Assembly: GCA_011364985.1 (NCBI GenBank)
Contig: RDOC01000001.1
Location: 422,630-471,486 of the forward strand
Direction of reading: 5' to 3'
Length of the DNA: 48,857 nt
Origin: Candidatus Thorarchaeota archaeon
Lineage (GTDB): Archaea; Asgardarchaeota; Thorarchaeia; Thorarchaeales; Thorarchaeaceae
Both the position numbers and the translations under genes were made by a program. The notes beneath the pieces are model-generated. The model was given only the letters and a program-made list of their open reading frames with translations. It did no database searches and had not been told where the DNA came from. This document shows, one piece after another, positions 45,209-48,857 of this stretch. How positions within the stretch are numbered: position 1 is the stretch's first letter; each line of letters starts with the position of its first letter.

Positions 45209-46132
45209 CTATCCTAAGAAGAATGGGATGAATGCGATGACAGGGAGAAGGAGGATAGTACCAATGGTAACAATAGTCGCCACTGTTTCAGTCTCCAAAT
45301 CAAAGGCACCTGCATAGACAACATTCAAGACAGCAGTAGGCATTATCGCCTCAAGCATCACAACTTGGGTTGTTGCTGCAGAAAGTGCGAACAGCAAAAG
45401 AAGAGGGATTGTTATAGTTGGAACAAGAACTTGACGTACAAACACGACTCTCAAGGCTTCTCTCAAGTTTACAGTGGAATACCTAGTGCCAACAGAGAGA
45501 CCTACGGATATCAATGCAAGATAAGTAGTGATGTTACCAGAGTATGATAGAATGCTTGCAGCAATCCCAGGTAGGGAAAAACTGAAAAAAAGCAATAAAC
45601 CAGCTAGACAAGCTGCAAGCAATGGAGGGAAAGTGACCGCTTTTATTAGTCTAGAACTCCTTGGGATGGAGGTGCCACCATAGGTGGACCCTATGAAAGA
45701 TCCTAAAGTCACCATTAGAAGCATCTGAGTAACAGAGAATGTAACTACTATTGGTATGCCCATGGGACCCACGAATACTAGAACTAGAGGCAGTGGAATG
45801 AAGAGAGCATTGTTGAAGGCTGAACATAGGAAAAACGCTCCCTTTCTCTTGGCAGGAATATCCGAGTTTCTTATCAGTATATACAGAATAATAGGCCCTG
45901 AAAGATGTACTGTAAGAGCGAGTACAATTATGGAAGGGATTTCCTCCAAGGATGCTGGTGAAGCAGTTAGGAGTGAATAAAGGACAAGCAAAGGCATGAG
46001 GATATTGACAAGAAGTTTTGTTAATAGTGAATTTGCATCTTCACCTTTCAATGAAAATCGGCCGAGTAGGTAACCAAATAGAATAAACGCATAGAATAGA
46101 CCAATTCGAATCGCCAGCTCGGAAAATTCCAC
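45209..46132 (-). CDS. AEC (auxin efflux carrier)-family transporter
   Basis: Hydrophobic throughout; FNNALFIPLP, FPPLLA, MPTA. Confidence 0.88.
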   Translation of the reverse strand: MEFSELAIRIGLFYAFILFGYLLGRFSLKGEDANSLLTKLLVNILMPLLVLYSLLTASPASLEEIPSIIVLALTVHLSGPIILYILIRNSDIPAKRKGAFFLCSAFNNALFIPLPLVLVFVGPMGIPIVVTFSVTQMLLMVTLGSFIGSTYGGTSIPRSSRLIKAVTFPPLLAACLAGLLLFFSFSLPGIAASILSYSGNITTYLALISVGLSVGTRYSTVNLREALRVVFVRQVLVPTITIPLLLLFALSAATTQVVMLEAIMPTAVLNVVYAGAFDLETETVATIVTIGTILLLPVIAFIPFFLG

Positions 46133-46296
46133 TTCTGTTTACCTCAAATCCTGGCCACGTTACTCACGTATAAGCAGAGAGGTTGGACTATACTTTCGGG
46201 GCATGCCACAAAGAAGAGGGGCTTTGAATAGTTCTGCCATGCATGCTGTCCATTCCCAGTATTTGTATATCATCTCCTAGATGTTAGACTTGTCCT

Positions 46297-46612
46297 CTAC
46301 AACGCCTTCCGCAGACTGTGTGGACGTATCAATCTGTTGTGCGAGCAGATACATCGTGCATGTTCAGGTAGCAGGGCATTATCGAAGGCTGCATGAGGGT
46401 TCTTTCCGATGCAGATAGCGACATGATTAGTCACTAGAGCTGCGCTCCTGTCTTCCATTGCTTCAACGATAGTCTTTGCCAGTTCCTTAGTACCATGCAC
46501 TGTATACAACATCAGCCTAATTCTCCTCCTATCTTTGGCACGATCTCATGCAAGTTCGCTCTGTAAATGAACCATCAGTTGTACAACTGAAATGCCATGG
46601 AGAATGCACATC
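46297..46612 (-). pseudogene. Class II aldolase (fuculose-phosphate aldolase-like) remnant
   Basis: GTKELAKTIVEAMEDRSAALVTNH...AFDNA; upstream out-of-frame VHSP and IGGE pieces with stops. Confidence 0.65.
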
Positions 46613-46749
46613 CTTTGCTAGTGGTCGAGGGCAATGTTGTCACAACAGAATCTTCTTCGCCTCTTTTTAAAGGAAAGTTTGTGCCGCAAACTCGTTTGGC
46701 CCACAAATTCGGTCGCCATGTTATATGCATTTGATGTCATGCTAGATAT

Positions 46750-47508
46750 ATGACATCTACAATGTTTGAACCTGCAATTATGGTAGAAAACCTGACAAAG
46801 AGATTTGGGAAAATCACTGCCGTTGATGACCTCAGTCTTGAAATTGGTTGGGGTGAACTCTTTGGACTTCTTGGTCCTAACGGTGCTGGAAAGACAACTG
46901 TAATTAACATCCTTAGCACTTTGCTTCAGCCTACTAATGGCGTAGCAACAATTGCAAGTCATGACGTCGTCTACGATGCAGATGCTATTAGAAGGATAAT
47001 TGGAGTCTGTCCACAAGAGCCGGCATTCTACAAGCATCTCACTGGCAGGGAGAATATCGAGCTCTTCGGAGATCTCCATGAAGTTCCTCAAAATGTCCTC
47101 AATGAACGCATTGAAACCATGCTCAAGAAGATTGGATTGAAAGAAGATGCAGACCGTCGAGCTGGACAGTACAGCGGAGGAATGATTCGCCGTGTCAGCA
47201 CGGTGATGTCCTTAATCAACAATCCAAAGGTTGCTCTACTCGATGAACCCACTGTGGCTATGGATCCGGTATCCAGACGCGCTGTATGGGACTTCATCAA
47301 GGAGTTGAAGAACAATGGGATGGCGATCATTCTTACAACGCACTACATGGAGGAGGCAGAGGAACTCTGCGACCGTGTTGGAATTGTTGATGAAGGTAAG
47401 CTAATCGCTCTTGGGACACCTGAGGAACTGATGGAAGAACACTCTGCCAAGAATTTGGAAGAGGTATTCATCAAGCTCACTGGGAAGAAGCTAAGGGAGG
47501 CGGTCTAG
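46750..47508 (+). CDS. ABC-2 (DrrA/NodI-like) exporter ATPase
   Basis: GPNGAGKT, YSGGM, LDEPT, TTHYMEEAE. Confidence 0.93.
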   Translation: MTSTMFEPAIMVENLTKRFGKITAVDDLSLEIGWGELFGLLGPNGAGKTTVINILSTLLQPTNGVATIASHDVVYDADAIRRIIGVCPQEPAFYKHLTGRENIELFGDLHEVPQNVLNERIETMLKKIGLKEDADRRAGQYSGGMIRRVSTVMSLINNPKVALLDEPTVAMDPVSRRAVWDFIKELKNNGMAIILTTHYMEEAEELCDRVGIVDEGKLIALGTPEELMEEHSAKNLEEVFIKLTGKKLREAV

Positions 47509-48669
47509 ATGAGTATACGGCGCATATCAGCTCTAGTGAGGAAGAATGTGAAGATGTTTACAAGACAGCCTGCAGTTCTATTCATGCTATTGCTTTTCCC
47601 ATTGATCGTCACAGCAACCTTTGGCCTAGCCTTTGGAAGCATGGGCGAAGGAGGCACAACTGATTTCGATATTGGCCTTCTTAATCTGGATACTGCGACC
47701 ACAGATGTGCAGTGGGCAGAGAGTTTTGAGGACAATCTGACCGAATTGAAAGGAATAACTGTACACTATTTTGATACCAATGAAACTGGCCATTCACAGT
47801 TGATCCAAGGAAATCTTGATGCATTCGTTGTTATTCCTCAGGGCTTTGGCGATAGCTGCAATTCATACTGGGAGGCTCCATTCAACGGAAGTTCTTGGAC
47901 CAATACAACAGTAGAGCTCTATGTTGACAGTGGCTCAATGATAGCAAGCAGTGCAGTACCGCCTCTTATACAACAAGTCATGCTCAAGACTCTGTTCGGA
48001 ATCGAGGCAACTACCCTTGACCTGCCGGTTAACATTGGAAACCCCTCAATGGTGGAAGTAAGTGCATTCTCCCAATGGGACTTCATGGCTCCAGGAATAT
48101 TCGTCTTTGCAAGCATCTTCATGATAATGATTGTTGCACAGTCATTAACTGAGGAGCGAGATGGAGGGCTGTTGAAACGCATGGGCACCACCCCGCTTAA
48201 GTCTCACGAGTTCATGCTAAGTGAGGTGATTTCCTACATGATCATTGCAGTAATCCAAGTAGCTCTTGTCTTTGTGACATCCTACTTGATAGGCTACCGA
48301 CCTGCAACAGATGCCGGAGGCCTTGCCTTTGCGTTCGTGATACTTCTAGCATTCTCGTTGGTGAACGTAGGTTTTGGTCTGATTGCAGCCACCGTTTCCA
48401 AGTCAGCCGAAATAGCAACGGGAATGTCCTTCATCTTCATCATGCCGCAGATGTTTTTGGGTACATTCATGCCACTAGGCGAAGCAGCGGAGATCATCGC
48501 ACAATTCGTGCCGAGTAACTATGTGACAGAATCCTTGACCACGCTGTTTCTTAGGGGAGCCCCAGTAGCCACTTTCTCTATCTGGATGAACTTCGGTGTT
48601 GTTTCATTGATCGGGATTGCTGTTCTTTTAGTCGGTATTATACTATTCAGGAAGTACGGAACGAGATGA
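47509..48669 (+). CDS. ABC-2 exporter permease
   Basis: N-terminal TM, extracellular loop, APG, EERDGGLLKRM, further TMs. Confidence 0.9.
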   Translation: MSIRRISALVRKNVKMFTRQPAVLFMLLLFPLIVTATFGLAFGSMGEGGTTDFDIGLLNLDTATTDVQWAESFEDNLTELKGITVHYFDTNETGHSQLIQGNLDAFVVIPQGFGDSCNSYWEAPFNGSSWTNTTVELYVDSGSMIASSAVPPLIQQVMLKTLFGIEATTLDLPVNIGNPSMVEVSAFSQWDFMAPGIFVFASIFMIMIVAQSLTEERDGGLLKRMGTTPLKSHEFMLSEVISYMIIAVIQVALVFVTSYLIGYRPATDAGGLAFAFVILLAFSLVNVGFGLIAATVSKSAEIATGMSFIFIMPQMFLGTFMPLGEAAEIIAQFVPSNYVTESLTTLFLRGAPVATFSIWMNFGVVSLIGIAVLLVGIILFRKYGTR

Positions 48670-48680
48670 GGGTCATGCAG

Positions 48681-48711
48681 AGGGGCATCAAAATTGCCCC
48701 TTTTTCTTTTT
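48681..48711 (+). terminator. Hairpin plus T-tract terminator
   Basis: aggggca-tcaaaat-tgcccct followed by ttttcttttt, just after the permease stop. Confidence 0.7.
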
Positions 48712-48857
48712 GAAATAGAATTGAATGTTTATGACTTCTGTTCTTCATAATTCGTGGGGACGGTTTTTAAGGGTAAAGAGGTACGTAATTCTTCTTTAAT
48801 GAGGGAATTCGGATGTCCGGGACAGGCGAGAGTCAACCTACTATACAAGAAAGCCGT

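Noticed and set aside
48712-48857. Possible RNA gene at the window end
   Set aside because: No tRNA cloverleaf or rRNA terminal signature recognisable in the available bases.

Overview
Chromosomal window from an Asgard archaeon, probably Thorarchaeia (inferred from a Lokiactin-type actin, a longin-like protein, a Thr-linker-anchored ABC substrate-binding protein and an archaeal exosome/proteasome superoperon). Bases 1-9.5 kb are an accessory region downstream of actin. It is punctuated by five degenerate copies of the actin 3' end (three of them clearly with the downstream hairpin region), best preserved next to the gene and separating unrelated cargo genes; this looks like a serial-integration array that uses the actin gene as attachment site. 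The middle holds a wHTH-CARF-like/Mini-RNase III/HD-hydrolase cluster, t6A genes and a histidine-utilisation cluster. Its hutU gene is interrupted by a 29-nt insertion that folds as a bulge-helix-bulge intron; cutting at the predicted sites restores the conserved NYGQ-MTAG motif and a 674-aa frame. The right part carries an ECF transporter, the psmA-SBDS-rrp4-rrp41-rrp42-rpl37ae-Brix-pcc1-pfdB operon, a Zn/Mn ABC system, an AEC transporter and an ABC-2 exporter. No tRNA, rRNA, CRISPR array or integrase was recognised. All alignments and identity counts were done by eye.
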